DNA from: an uncultured Ruminococcus sp.
Lineage (GTDB): Bacteria > Bacillota > Clostridia > Oscillospirales > Ruminococcaceae
Direction: 5' to 3'
Length of the DNA: 64,000 nucleotides
NCBI GenBank assembly: GCA_934474025.1
Contig: CAKSMF010000003.1
Span: 110,254-174,253 of the forward strand
The notes below the pieces were generated by a model. That model did no database searches and had not been told where the DNA came from. It saw only the letters and a list, made by a program, of their open reading frames with translations. Position 1 is the first letter of the stretch; each line of letters begins with the position of its first letter. The position numbers were made by a program, and so were the translations under genes. This document shows, piece after piece, positions 48,579 through 58,984 of this stretch.

Positions 48579-50228
48579 TCAGAAATCTTTTTTTATAAAT
48601 TCTTCAGCAGTAATTGGCTTTGAATAATAGTAACCCTGAAAACTTGTTATATCATAGTTTTTGAGAAAATCACGCATATTAGCTGTTTCAATACCTTCAA
48701 CACATATTTCAGCTTTAAAGGAATCCGCAAGAGATGATATAAACTTTATTGTATTCTGGTCTGATTTGCTTTTTTCTATGTTTTTGACAAATTCACGGTC
48801 AATTTTTACTGTATCGATATGAAGTCTTCTTAAAATATCTATTGAAGAAAATCCTGTTCCGAAGTCGTCAAGTGCAATTTTTATACCATGTGTACGGAAG
48901 ATATTAAACATATTGTCAAGTGTTTTAATATCAAGCAGACGACAACGTTCTGTAATTTCAAGACAAAGATTCTGAGCAGGAAAGCCGGTTTCTTTGAGTA
49001 TGCTGAAAACATCTGAAACAAAGTCACTTTTTTCAAGTTGTGAATATGAGATATTGATATTCATTATAAATTCAGGGTATTTTTCAAGGAATTTTTTACC
49101 GTCTGTCATTGCCTGACGCATAATCCATTTGCCGAGTTCAGGGAATAATACATCTTGTTCAAGTACCGGTACAAACTGCATAGGAGATACTGTGCCGTAT
49201 TTATCACTTTTCCACCTTATAAGAGCTTCCATGCCTTTAAGCTTTTCGTTGCTTGCATACATTATGGGTTGATAGCATAAATAGAAACCTTTACAGTTTT
49301 CAAGTACGCTGTTACGGATAACATTAATAGTTTCTATGATGTTTATATTTTTATTATTTTCGGAATTATTGAAAACAACCATTTCACCAAGTCTTTTATT
49401 TTTGGATTCATAATAAATATACTTTAGACATGAATATATAGTTTGGCTTTCAGCATCAAAATCATCAAGCAACATAAGACCTGAACTTAATGTAACACAT
49501 ATTCTTTCATCTTCTACAAACAGATTATGAGATACTTGTTCCTGCAATTCTCTGTAAAGTTCAGTAGCTTTGTTTTCATCAAGGGAATGACTGATTATAG
49601 CGAATTTTGTACCGTCCATTCTGTAAATTTTGCCGTATTTTGAAAAAAGTTCTTTTAATTTATTTGCAAATGTTCTTAAAGTTTTGTTTCCGAATTTATA
49701 GCTGTATACATCATTAATAAAGGAAAATCCATTTATTCCTATGATGAGTATTGAACTTTTTTTCTTGTTCCAGAGAATAGACTTTACATCATCAAAAAAG
49801 CCATAAAGGCTTCTTAATCCCGTTATAGTATCAACGTAATTCAAAGAACTGTTATTTTTGATAGAACCCGCAAAATATTCCGGTTTGCCGTTGTTATCAT
49901 ACATAATAGCACCCTTGCAGGTACAAACAACATAATTGCCATCAGCAGCTTTTGCACGATATTGCATGTTATGTAGCTGTTCCCTTCCAGCGAATAAATC
50001 TTCAATATTTTTGTGATAATGTTCACGTTCAGTAGGGTGAATATGTTTTTCCCATAAATTTCCTGCATCATACATATAGCATTTAGGCAGATTAAAGAAG
50101 TTAACTGCACTTTCTGACCACCGTGAATAGTTGTGTTTAATATCACAAACATAGATATAGCTACCTTCTGCTAAAATGGAAAAAGTTTCAAAAATACTGT
50201 CTAATCTTTTTATGCTGTTTTTATCCAT
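48579..50228 (-). CDS. PAS-degenerate GGDEF-EAL domain protein (c-di-GMP phosphodiesterase candidate)
   Basis: EAL domain motifs EALIRW, QPI and DDFGTG; the GGDEF position reads RMDGTKF (degenerate); start set at ATG 50228 with a GGAGGTG RBS. Confidence 0.8.
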   Translation of the reverse strand: MDKNSIKRLDSIFETFSILAEGSYIYVCDIKHNYSRWSESAVNFFNLPKCYMYDAGNLWEKHIHPTEREHYHKNIEDLFAGREQLHNMQYRAKAADGNYVVCTCKGAIMYDNNGKPEYFAGSIKNNSSLNYVDTITGLRSLYGFFDDVKSILWNKKKSSILIIGINGFSFINDVYSYKFGNKTLRTFANKLKELFSKYGKIYRMDGTKFAIISHSLDENKATELYRELQEQVSHNLFVEDERICVTLSSGLMLLDDFDAESQTIYSCLKYIYYESKNKRLGEMVVFNNSENNKNINIIETINVIRNSVLENCKGFYLCYQPIMYASNEKLKGMEALIRWKSDKYGTVSPMQFVPVLEQDVLFPELGKWIMRQAMTDGKKFLEKYPEFIMNINISYSQLEKSDFVSDVFSILKETGFPAQNLCLEITERCRLLDIKTLDNMFNIFRTHGIKIALDDFGTGFSSIDILRRLHIDTVKIDREFVKNIEKSKSDQNTIKFISSLADSFKAEICVEGIETANMRDFLKNYDITSFQGYYYSKPITAEEFIKKDF

Positions 50229-50447
50229 TTTAATGCACCTCCATGCTTTTTTTGCAACAAAATGAATGTTGTAATTCATTTACATTATATCATGATTTGC
50301 ACATAATTTCAAGTTTTTTGATGAAAAAATTATTTTTTTGTTAAAATCAACTAAAATGAACAATATTTTTTTGACAGTCATATAAATTGAGTTGTTATTG
50401 TATATATTAAAAAAATCCCTCTGATTAGTTATCAAAGGGACTAAAAA

Positions 50448-51851
50448 TTATTTTTTCAATAACATACGAAAAGTTATAAATACAGCTTTGACATTCAGTA
50501 AGATGATTAAAAGAGTCATAATTATTATCGGAATAAATCCGGTTTGCTGGACGGTGAGATGGCACATAGCAATTATTATAACTGTGTTGATGATGTTTCT
50601 TGGAACGGAAAATTTAAAAGGTACATATCGGCGTGCATCAACCATTCTTATCCAGAAACATATAAAGTAGCTAAGGAAAGTTGCAATTGACGCTCCTTGA
50701 ATGCCCCATATCGGAATAAGATAAGTATTAAGTATGATATTTGCAACACAAGCAACAGTTACCGTGACAAGTGAATTTATAGTGTGTTTTGTGGCAGAAT
50801 ATATTCCCGATAAAAACTGGTCAAGGCAAGTGAATATTGATGCTATAATTAATACCGGTGCATAAAGATATGCTTTACTGTATTCGGGGAAAGTCTGGTA
50901 GTTAATCAGAATAGCAGATATAGGCTTTATTAAAAGAATGAGTCCTGCTGAACCTATAAACAATATTGATTCATATGCGGAATATACTTTTTCATAAAAT
51001 TCATTACGACCTTTTGATTCGTTTTCAGTTATAGCGGATATATTCCATGCCTGAAAGAAAATAGTTGATACCATTGACAAAAGATTAGGTATTTTTGTTG
51101 CTGCTGAATAAATTCCAGCGGACTTTTCACTGCACATATTTCCTATAAAAATCTGGTCAGAAAATCCTGTAAATGTCCACATGACAGTTGTTGGAATAAG
51201 CGGTACAGAGAATTTCATCATACTTATTCCGAGGTCTTTTTTGAAGTGTCGTATATCAAGATAACGATGAAGTCCGGCTGATATGAACAGAAAAACAGAA
51301 GAACAAGCATCAGAAAGTATAACTGACATCATAAATCCAAGTACACCCATTTCCATACGAGAAATAAAAAGAACATTGAAAATAAATAATGTCATTGTAG
51401 TAAAAATTCCGTCAAATGCAAAAAGACGTACCATACCTCTTGCTCTGACAAACTGCGAACACAAGGACCTTACCGATGATATACAAACATAAACCGTAAG
51501 CATTACTGTATATTCTCTTACCGGACTTAGAAATGGTATCATTTCAATAAATGGCATGGCTATAATCATTAGCATAAGACCGGCAAATATAAGTACACTG
51601 GCAGTTGTAAAAATTTGTTTTTTGTTGTATTTTCTGTCAAGTCCATAACGGACAACTGCTTCTGTAAGTGAAAAGGTAAATACCGGCAATAAAAAAAGAG
51701 CAGTTGTTTCAATGAGAGTTTTTGTATAGAATCCTACAGGGTCAATATGTCTTGTGTAAAGGTTATTCAGCAGAAGCGAAAATATTTTAGCCCCAAAGCT
51801 TCCTATTGCAAACACAATTGTATTAAAAGCAAGCTGTTTGTATTTATTCAT
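50448..51851 (-). CDS. oligosaccharide/polysaccharide flippase (Wzx/MOP superfamily)
   Basis: 467 aa, about 12-14 TM helices, Polysacc_synt-like N-terminus. Confidence 0.7.
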   Translation of the reverse strand: MNKYKQLAFNTIVFAIGSFGAKIFSLLLNNLYTRHIDPVGFYTKTLIETTALFLLPVFTFSLTEAVVRYGLDRKYNKKQIFTTASVLIFAGLMLMIIAMPFIEMIPFLSPVREYTVMLTVYVCISSVRSLCSQFVRARGMVRLFAFDGIFTTMTLFIFNVLFISRMEMGVLGFMMSVILSDACSSVFLFISAGLHRYLDIRHFKKDLGISMMKFSVPLIPTTVMWTFTGFSDQIFIGNMCSEKSAGIYSAATKIPNLLSMVSTIFFQAWNISAITENESKGRNEFYEKVYSAYESILFIGSAGLILLIKPISAILINYQTFPEYSKAYLYAPVLIIASIFTCLDQFLSGIYSATKHTINSLVTVTVACVANIILNTYLIPIWGIQGASIATFLSYFICFWIRMVDARRYVPFKFSVPRNIINTVIIIAMCHLTVQQTGFIPIIIMTLLIILLNVKAVFITFRMLLKK

Positions 51852-51929
51852 AATTTTTCACCTCCAGTACATTAATGTAATCAAAACAGCGGACAGTTTG
51901 AATATACTATCCGCTGAATTATGTATTAT

Positions 51930-53261
51930 TCAGACTCTTATTTGTTCTTTCGGTATAAGGTCATAGCTGAACATTACTTCCGAATGATTGTCAAGAATAA
52001 GTTTTTTATCTGTAATTTCTCCTGTACTGCGGTTAATAGTGTTTTTGTAAATTTTAGATACACGGAAATATTTGTCACCTTCTTTTTGGAAGTGGTGGTC
52101 TTCTTCAACAAGTTCAAATCTTTGAGGAAACTCTTTTTCACTTCTCAGCTCTCCGTAAAGTCTGTCGCCATCACACCAAACAAGTAATTGTATATTCTGG
52201 TCTGTGTTATTGCGGAATCTATAATCAATATAATTATAGCTTATGGAAGTTCCAGAACTTAATGGTACTCTTTTTCCGTTATCGGGGGCAAGGGCATCAG
52301 AATGTGTATGAAATTCAGTTATTTCAAGCGGACTATTCAAAACAAGCAAATTTATAAGGTTTCCGAGATTACAAAGACCTCCGCCAATACCTGCAATAAG
52401 CTGATTTCCAATAATAACACGTCCGTCTTTGTAACCTTTTCGCTTGGTTGTATTACCTACGGTTTTCCAGAAAGAAAAGGTTTCACCAGGACGAATTATA
52501 ATACCATTTATTTTACTGCAAGCAAGACGGATATTATCAGCTTTGTTTTCCTGTAAGCGTATGTCAATACCTTTGCCACGCTTTATAAGTCCGCAATCAT
52601 GACTTGAAACCACATTAGGCAATTTATAGGAAATAATCGTATTTGAAAATTTTTCATGACTTAAAAAATCACTTATATAGCGTTTGATAATCCCTTTTTT
52701 TTCAGAAAGGGAATAACAGAAAGGATTTATTTCACAAAAAAGTTTTCTTTGAGTATTCCATTTTTTGCGTCTGTCAAAAAGCAAAATAAACTTTTCAAGA
52801 TAACGTCTTTTACCTATGTATTTTTCTTCTGGAAGTCGTATAAACTTTACCATTATGCTTTTAATTCCTGCATTGTTAGCTCCCAGTATATCAGTGAAAA
52901 TCTGGTCACCTATAACAATTGTTTGTTTTTTGGAAACGTTAATAATTTCAAGGGCTTTGTAATAAGCATCCGGATTAGGTTTATTGGCATCACATATATA
53001 AGGAACATCTATATTCTTAATAAATCTTTTTACACGTGGTTCGTCGTTATCTGTGAGAAGGATAGTTTTAAATCCTATTTTTTTCAGACGGCGGAAAAGA
53101 GCATCAACATTTTCATTTGAATTATCACCATGATGTACTAATGTGTTATCAATATCGAATATTATACCCCGACAGCCTTTTTTATATAGACTTTCATAGT
53201 CTATGGAAAAAACATTTTCAGCGTAAACTGACGGAAAAAATTTTTTCAGCATTTTATACAC
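51930..53261 (-). CDS. fusion protein: YqeG-like HAD-IIIA phosphatase fused to a VanW-like domain
   Basis: N-terminal half FDIDNTL...LTDN......VIGDQIFTDILGAN is YqeG-type HAD; C-terminal half IAGIGGGLCNLGNLINL...EITEFHTHS matches the VanW core (GGGVCQ-type). Confidence 0.6.
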   Translation of the reverse strand: MYKMLKKFFPSVYAENVFSIDYESLYKKGCRGIIFDIDNTLVHHGDNSNENVDALFRRLKKIGFKTILLTDNDEPRVKRFIKNIDVPYICDANKPNPDAYYKALEIINVSKKQTIVIGDQIFTDILGANNAGIKSIMVKFIRLPEEKYIGKRRYLEKFILLFDRRKKWNTQRKLFCEINPFCYSLSEKKGIIKRYISDFLSHEKFSNTIISYKLPNVVSSHDCGLIKRGKGIDIRLQENKADNIRLACSKINGIIIRPGETFSFWKTVGNTTKRKGYKDGRVIIGNQLIAGIGGGLCNLGNLINLLVLNSPLEITEFHTHSDALAPDNGKRVPLSSGTSISYNYIDYRFRNNTDQNIQLLVWCDGDRLYGELRSEKEFPQRFELVEEDHHFQKEGDKYFRVSKIYKNTINRSTGEITDKKLILDNHSEVMFSYDLIPKEQIRV

Positions 53262-53262
53262 C

Positions 53263-53955
53263 TCAATTATCTTGTGCTATATAGTCACATATTGTATTAA
53301 TCTGTTGGCAGAAATCTTGTCCGAAACGTTTTTCAAAAAATGCACTTCCGATTGTGAAAGCATACGGAGAAGCTTTTTTTATTTCGTCAAGTCTTTGATA
53401 GCTATTGATACTTCCGGCGATACAGACAGGAGCTTTTATGCTTGAAACAAATTGTCTGTTGAGTTCGGTAGCATTACCTGTATATCTGTAGCCTAATAAG
53501 TCAATACCATAAACGCCTTTTGCAAGGTAACTTTCAGCTTCAGAAACCATACTTTCAAGACTGCCGTTAAGAATAGACGGTCTTTCAGTGATTTCTCCAA
53601 CAAATGGCATATATTTTACATTATTTTTTTGGCATATTTTATTTACTTCATCTGAGAAAATCGTTCCCATAAGGATATCACAGCCAAAATCAACTGCCAT
53701 TTCAGCACCTTGTATGCATTCATTTTTTGTATATGCAACAACTTCGAGTACTGTTTTTTTGCCACATGATTTCATGTATGAATATAATTCCTTCATACGC
53801 TGATGAGGTAAAGGTTCTTCTTTAAATCCCCAGTAAGTAGCTTTTGAATTTTTGCACTGGTCAAAAATTTCATAAGCGTCAGAAACAGTTCTGTCATCAT
53901 GAGTAAGCATAACTATTAAAAAAGGTTTGTCCATATTAAAAATCACCCATTTCAT
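53263..53955 (-). CDS. hypothetical protein, probable alpha/beta (TIM)-barrel fold
   Basis: 230 aa; alternating beta/alpha pattern with C-terminal CIAGSI....AFTIGSAFF phosphate-binding-like motif; family not assigned. Confidence 0.3.
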   Translation of the reverse strand: MKWVIFNMDKPFLIVMLTHDDRTVSDAYEIFDQCKNSKATYWGFKEEPLPHQRMKELYSYMKSCGKKTVLEVVAYTKNECIQGAEMAVDFGCDILMGTIFSDEVNKICQKNNVKYMPFVGEITERPSILNGSLESMVSEAESYLAKGVYGIDLLGYRYTGNATELNRQFVSSIKAPVCIAGSINSYQRLDEIKKASPYAFTIGSAFFEKRFGQDFCQQINTICDYIAQDN

Positions 53956-54148
53956 ATTTTGACAAAGGTAAGCCCAATATCATAAAAAATTATAACAGAG
54001 ATTATAACTTTTGTCAATCACATCAAAAATGTCAAATTATAGTTTTGTGCAGAAATTATGATACATAAAAAAGTTATCATATAATATTGTGCAGTATTGA
54101 TAATTTGATATAAAAAAAGTTCCCTTTATTGAAAAAGGGAATTTTAAG

Positions 54149-54234
54149 CGGAAACGGTGGGATTCGAACCCACGTCCCTCAAGGGGCATCACGATTTCGA
54201 GTCGTGTCCGTTATGACCACTTCGATACGTTTCC
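54149..54234 (-). tRNA. tRNA-Ser (anticodon CGA)
   Basis: minus-strand read GGAAACG...CGTTTCC acceptor stem, anticodon stem CACGA/TCGTG with loop CTCGAAA, long variable arm, TTCGAATCC T-loop; 86 nt. Confidence 0.85.
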
Positions 54235-54249
54235 ATAAATCACCATAAT

Positions 54250-54278
54250 ATTATATCATATTTTTGATGATTTGTCAA
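54250..54278 (-). promoter_or_regulatory. consensus sigma-A promoter for tRNA-Ser (TTGACA-17-TATAAT on minus strand)
   Basis: reverse complement gives TTGACA, a 17-nt spacer and TATAAT, ending about 15 nt upstream of the tRNA 5' end. Confidence 0.55.
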
Positions 54279-54331
54279 GGCGTTTTCAAAAAAATATCTT
54301 TAAAAAATTTCAATAAAATATACAAAAACTA

Positions 54332-54360
54332 TTGAAAATTCATAAATAATATGTTATAAT
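54332..54360 (+). promoter_or_regulatory. sigma-A-like promoter (TTGAAA-17-TATAAT) upstream of the beta-CASP RNase gene
   Basis: -35 at 54332-54337, -10 at 54355-54360; AAAGGAGG RBS precedes ATG 54393. Confidence 0.45.
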
Positions 54361-54392
54361 TGTTGTGAACTTATTAAAAAGGAGGCATCATT

Positions 54393-55985
54393 ATGAAAAT
54401 GACTTTTATAGGTGCTAACCATGAAGTTACTGGTAGCTGTACGTTTATTGAAGCTTGTGGTAAAAAGTTTCTTGTGGATTTTGGTATGGAGCAGGGTGAA
54501 GATTCCTTTGAAAATGCTCAGATACCAGTTTCACCAACAGATATAGACTTTGTACTTTTAACTCATGCACATATTGACCATTCCGGAATGTTGCCATTGC
54601 TGTATGCAGGCGGATTCTGTGGCAAAATTCATGCTACAAAGGCTACTTCAAATCTTTGTTCTGTAATGTTGCGTGACAGTGCTCACATACAGGAATTTGA
54701 AGCAGAATGGAAAAACCGAAAAGGTCGTCGTCGTGGTGATGAAGAATGTCAGCCACTTTACACTATGGAAGAGGCTATAGGTGCTATTGAACTCTTTGTA
54801 CCTCACCCTTATGAAACTCCGGTTGAAATATGTGACGGTATAACAGTTGTTTTTAGAGATGCCGGACACCTTTTAGGGTCATCGAGTATTATAATTGACC
54901 TTACGGAAAATGGTACATCACGCAGAATAGTCTTTTCCGGAGATATAGGAAATACTAATCAGCCTCTTATTCGTGACCCTCAATACATAGATAATGCTGA
55001 TTATGTTGTTATGGAATCGACTTACGGAAACCGTATACATGACCGTCCTACAGATTATGTCACTGCATTGGCAGACGTTTTACAGAAAACATTTGACAAG
55101 GGCGGAAGTGTTATTATACCGTCATTTGCAGTCGGAAGAACTCAGGAGATGCTTTATTTTATACGTCAGATAAAGTCCGATAATTTAGTTAAAGGTCATA
55201 ATGGATTTCCGGTATATGTTGACAGTCCGCTTGCAAATGAAGCAACTGATATTTTTATAGACAATCGTGAAAGCTGTTATGATGAAGAAGCTTTGTCATT
55301 TGTCCGCAATGGAATTAATCCTATAACTTTTGAGGGACTTATAAGAACACTTACAAGTGATGATTCAAGGGCTATCAATGACGACACACGCCCGAAAGTT
55401 ATAATTTCTGCAAGCGGTATGTGTGAAGCAGGAAGAATAAAACATCATCTTAAACACAATCTCTGGAAACCTGAAAATACTATACTTTTTGTCGGTTATC
55501 AGGCAGTGAACACTTTAGGAAGAAGTCTTGTTGACGGGGCAAAAAAAGTTAAGTTATTCGGTGAAACTATTACTGTATCTGCAAAAATTCAACAGCTCCC
55601 TGGAGTAAGCGGTCATGCTGATTCAATTGGATTAATGAAATGGGCTAAATCTATTTCCGGAGTAAAAAGGTTTTTTATTAATCATGGTGAATCATCATCA
55701 TCTGAAATATTCGCCCAGAAACTCCGTGACGAACTTGGAGCAGATGTCTATGTGCCATACAGTGGGGCAGAATTCGATATGATAGAAAATGTTGTCACAA
55801 TTGATGCAGAACCCCGACCAATTGCGAAAAAATCCCATACAAATGAAAACATATATTATAATAATCTGCTTACTGCTTCCGACAGACTTTATAGAATTAT
55901 TCAAAATTCTGACGGTCGCACAAATGCAGATATGCGTAAATTTGCAGAAGCTATTAACAGACTTTGTGAAAAATGGAAGTTATGA
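54393..55985 (+). CDS. metallo-beta-lactamase/beta-CASP family ribonuclease (RNase J/CPSF-like)
   Basis: HxHxDH motif (THAHIDHSG), beta-CASP region, C-terminal RNA-metabolising MBL domain; 530 aa. Confidence 0.7.
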   Translation: MKMTFIGANHEVTGSCTFIEACGKKFLVDFGMEQGEDSFENAQIPVSPTDIDFVLLTHAHIDHSGMLPLLYAGGFCGKIHATKATSNLCSVMLRDSAHIQEFEAEWKNRKGRRRGDEECQPLYTMEEAIGAIELFVPHPYETPVEICDGITVVFRDAGHLLGSSSIIIDLTENGTSRRIVFSGDIGNTNQPLIRDPQYIDNADYVVMESTYGNRIHDRPTDYVTALADVLQKTFDKGGSVIIPSFAVGRTQEMLYFIRQIKSDNLVKGHNGFPVYVDSPLANEATDIFIDNRESCYDEEALSFVRNGINPITFEGLIRTLTSDDSRAINDDTRPKVIISASGMCEAGRIKHHLKHNLWKPENTILFVGYQAVNTLGRSLVDGAKKVKLFGETITVSAKIQQLPGVSGHADSIGLMKWAKSISGVKRFFINHGESSSSEIFAQKLRDELGADVYVPYSGAEFDMIENVVTIDAEPRPIAKKSHTNENIYYNNLLTASDRLYRIIQNSDGRTNADMRKFAEAINRLCEKWKL

Positions 55986-58367
55986 TTTCTTAAAAATTGC
56001 TTTAATGGTTATATCATTATCGGGAATTATACTTATTTCTGCTGATTTTGTTTCAGTTGTTGAAAGTTCAGTTCCGGAAATTTCCCACTTGTCGAATTTA
56101 TAACCATTTTTTGAAACGGCTTTAAGAGTTATTTTATAGTCTGAAAAATACTGTCCGCACCAGTTACTATTTGAAATATCCGGATTAATTGTATTTAAAT
56201 TTATACTTCCGTTTTTGTTCTGGCAAAGTGTGACACTATATAATGAATTGCTACCGGTTGTTCGCATGAGACTGTCTGAAGCATATGTGAATCTGTTTCT
56301 GTAAAAATCTGCGATAGTATTCATTTCACTGTCAAATCTGCTTATACCATTTGAAGAAGTAAATGTACTTGAATAAAATCTTTCATTTGTATCTGAAATT
56401 TGCTGATAGTATTTATTTCTGTAATATTCAACTGTTTTGTCTGTTTTTTCTGGATTGAAATTATAATTTGCCAAATCCATGAATATAGTGCAGAATTTTT
56501 GTTTGAATTCCTGATTTTTCAAGAGGTTCATAAAGGTTCGGCTTATGTTATCATTGTAACTGTTAAGCTGTGAAAAAATATCAGCAGTATAAGAGGTATT
56601 GCTGTTTTTGTAAAGTCCTGTTGTGAAATCTGTATCAAATAAAAGCATACGCCATTTACCGTCAGAATAAATATTTGAACTGTCGATTTTATCAGAACGC
56701 CATACAGCAAAATTATTATAAGGCCAGTCGTAATTGCACCAGTAAATTTGTACTGCAAAGTATTCTGCTAAACTGTCCGTATCGATGTACCTGCAAAACT
56801 CTTTATAGTTTTCGTCAATGGTCATATCGGTGCGGGCAGATTTTGCTATAAAGGAATTCCAGTCAGTTAAATCTTTTTCTTCACCTTCTTCAAGTTGATT
56901 GTTTTTGATTATGGCAACATTTTTCTTTTTTATGTTGTAATGACTTTTTATAAAATTATCATCTGTTTTCTCAGTGAGAGTGTAAAGCCCCCAGAATTCA
57001 CCGTCTATAAACAATATACAAGCATTCATAGCCTGTGAAGTAAGTGTGCGGTCACTGATAAGACTTTGATTTATATTATCACGAAAATACGAATATGATA
57101 CATCATTTCCGGCATTTCTGATTGTAATTTGTTTATAACTTTTTATTGTTTTTCCGGTTATATTATTTGTTGCCTGACCGTCAAAAAAATCATATTCAAG
57201 TTTTTCGTTTCCGTATTCTTCACGGGCGTATATATTAAAACTTTTTTGTGGTGTCGAACGTGATGTAGCACCTTTTATGCGGATTCCGACGTTTTGCGAA
57301 AGAACTTTTTTACCTTTATCGAATACTTCTATTAAAGCAGGACGCTCCCAATCTTTGCCCTTTTGAGTGTAATTAGCAACCATGTTCCAAGCTTCAACGC
57401 CTGTGGTATTCTGAGTGTCAAAAATTCTTCCTTTTACGTATATTCCGGTATCGTAGTTGAAGAGGTTTTCAGGGTCTGTTACGAGTGATACAACTTTCAT
57501 ATCCTTGTAATAAGAAGAGTTTGTTTTTCCAAGAAAATAGCTTGCCGAAATAACCGAACTTTTTCTGCCGTTTTCATCAATTGCTACTGCTCTTATCAGA
57601 AAAGCTTTATCAACAGTTTTGTTTGGAGCGACTGCACCATAAGAACTTATATCAGTTCTTGAACTCCATATATTAGGAGTATCCGATTTATCATAAACCC
57701 TTATATTAGCGTTGTATTTTTTTGAATTAATATCGGGTTCTGAACCGTCAAGAGTATAATAGACAGTTGTGCCTTCCGGAACGTTTATTGAAAGCATAAA
57801 TTCATTGTCATAAAATCCGCTGTCGTATGAAAATTCAGGTTCTTTTACTTTTATTTTTTCATTCGGAGAAATATTGGATTTTTCGGGAGTACATTCCATA
57901 TTGAAATATTTTCCGCTACTGTCAGGGTACTGTCCATAAGAAGTATTAACCGGAATTTTACCAAACGTTATACGGTCAATTTCATTTCCTGCTCTGTCCG
58001 TAAGAATTATGATATTCTCATCTTTGTCAATATCAAGGGGAGCGTATTCCGGAGAACAGTATATTATTTTTTTCTCACCGGATTTTATAACCGTTCCGGC
58101 AGGAAGAGTGTATTTTCTTAAATTTTCAGGGTCATCCGAAAATCCCCAACCGCTTATGTCCACAGTATGTGACGAACTATTGCATATTTCCGCCCAACCA
58201 TATGTATTTCCGTTTGGAGCTTTATAGAAATTATTTTCGGGACATACTTCATTTATTGTTATTTTTGGCAATGTTTCTGCTTTTGTTGTGAATTTTCCCA
58301 AGAGACATACAATTATAGTAATTCCTATTGAAATGCATTGTATAATTTTTGTATTTATGTAAATCAC
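55980..58367 (-). CDS. secreted lamin-tail-domain (LTD) plus CotH-like domain protein
   Basis: signal peptide; ITINEV...WAEICNSS...ISGW LTD signature at the N-terminus; central region with CotH-like WCNYDWPYNNFAVWRSD; 795 aa. Confidence 0.55.
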   Translation of the reverse strand: MIYINTKIIQCISIGITIIVCLLGKFTTKAETLPKITINEVCPENNFYKAPNGNTYGWAEICNSSSHTVDISGWGFSDDPENLRKYTLPAGTVIKSGEKKIIYCSPEYAPLDIDKDENIIILTDRAGNEIDRITFGKIPVNTSYGQYPDSSGKYFNMECTPEKSNISPNEKIKVKEPEFSYDSGFYDNEFMLSINVPEGTTVYYTLDGSEPDINSKKYNANIRVYDKSDTPNIWSSRTDISSYGAVAPNKTVDKAFLIRAVAIDENGRKSSVISASYFLGKTNSSYYKDMKVVSLVTDPENLFNYDTGIYVKGRIFDTQNTTGVEAWNMVANYTQKGKDWERPALIEVFDKGKKVLSQNVGIRIKGATSRSTPQKSFNIYAREEYGNEKLEYDFFDGQATNNITGKTIKSYKQITIRNAGNDVSYSYFRDNINQSLISDRTLTSQAMNACILFIDGEFWGLYTLTEKTDDNFIKSHYNIKKKNVAIIKNNQLEEGEEKDLTDWNSFIAKSARTDMTIDENYKEFCRYIDTDSLAEYFAVQIYWCNYDWPYNNFAVWRSDKIDSSNIYSDGKWRMLLFDTDFTTGLYKNSNTSYTADIFSQLNSYNDNISRTFMNLLKNQEFKQKFCTIFMDLANYNFNPEKTDKTVEYYRNKYYQQISDTNERFYSSTFTSSNGISRFDSEMNTIADFYRNRFTYASDSLMRTTGSNSLYSVTLCQNKNGSINLNTINPDISNSNWCGQYFSDYKITLKAVSKNGYKFDKWEISGTELSTTETKSAEISIIPDNDITIKAIFKKS

Positions 58368-58515
58368 TTCCTTTTTGTTGGCAATATGTCTATTATAGCA
58401 TAATAAAAAATTTTTGTAAATCGGTTATATTCCTTTTTATAGTGAAAAGCTTGCAATATTGTTGTTTTTATGATATAATATTAGTATATTTTTCTGGAGA
58501 GGAGAGCATTAAAAA

Positions 58516-58980
58516 ATGCGTTCAAAAGGTACTAAGACAATTTCTGAAAACAGAAAAGCTCGCCATGAATATTTTGTGCTTGAAACTTACGAAGCAGGTA
58601 TAGAACTTGTTGGCACTGAAGTAAAATCCATTCGTAACGGTGGCGTTAACCTTAAAGATAGCTGGTGTTCAGTCGATAAGGGAGAGCTTTTCATAAGAGG
58701 AATGCATATTTCACCATATGAAAAAGGTAATATTTTTAATCGTGACCCATTACGTGTGCGTAAACTCCTTATGCATAAAAAAGAAATAAATAAATTATAT
58801 GGCACTCTTAAACAAGATGGTCTTTCACTTATTCCGCTCAGTCTGTATTTTAAAGATTCCAAGGTTAAGGTACAGCTCGGACTTTGCAAAGGTAAAAAAC
58901 TCTATGATAAAAGAGCTGATTCTGCTAAACGTGATGCTAAACGTGAAATTGACCGTAACATGAAAATACGTAATCAATAA
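58516..58980 (+). CDS. smpB: SsrA-binding protein SmpB
   Basis: ENRKARHEY...E.YEAGI.L.GTEVKS.R.G..NL.DS signature; 154 aa. Confidence 0.9.
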   Translation: MRSKGTKTISENRKARHEYFVLETYEAGIELVGTEVKSIRNGGVNLKDSWCSVDKGELFIRGMHISPYEKGNIFNRDPLRVRKLLMHKKEINKLYGTLKQDGLSLIPLSLYFKDSKVKVQLGLCKGKKLYDKRADSAKRDAKREIDRNMKIRNQ

Positions 58981-58984
58981 TATT

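Noticed and set aside
53956-54392. Possible integrated mobile element next to tRNA-Ser
   Set aside because: tRNA genes are common integration sites, but no integrase, transposase, direct repeat of the tRNA 3' end or phage gene is present on either side. Flanking genes are ordinary chromosomal genes with their own promoters.
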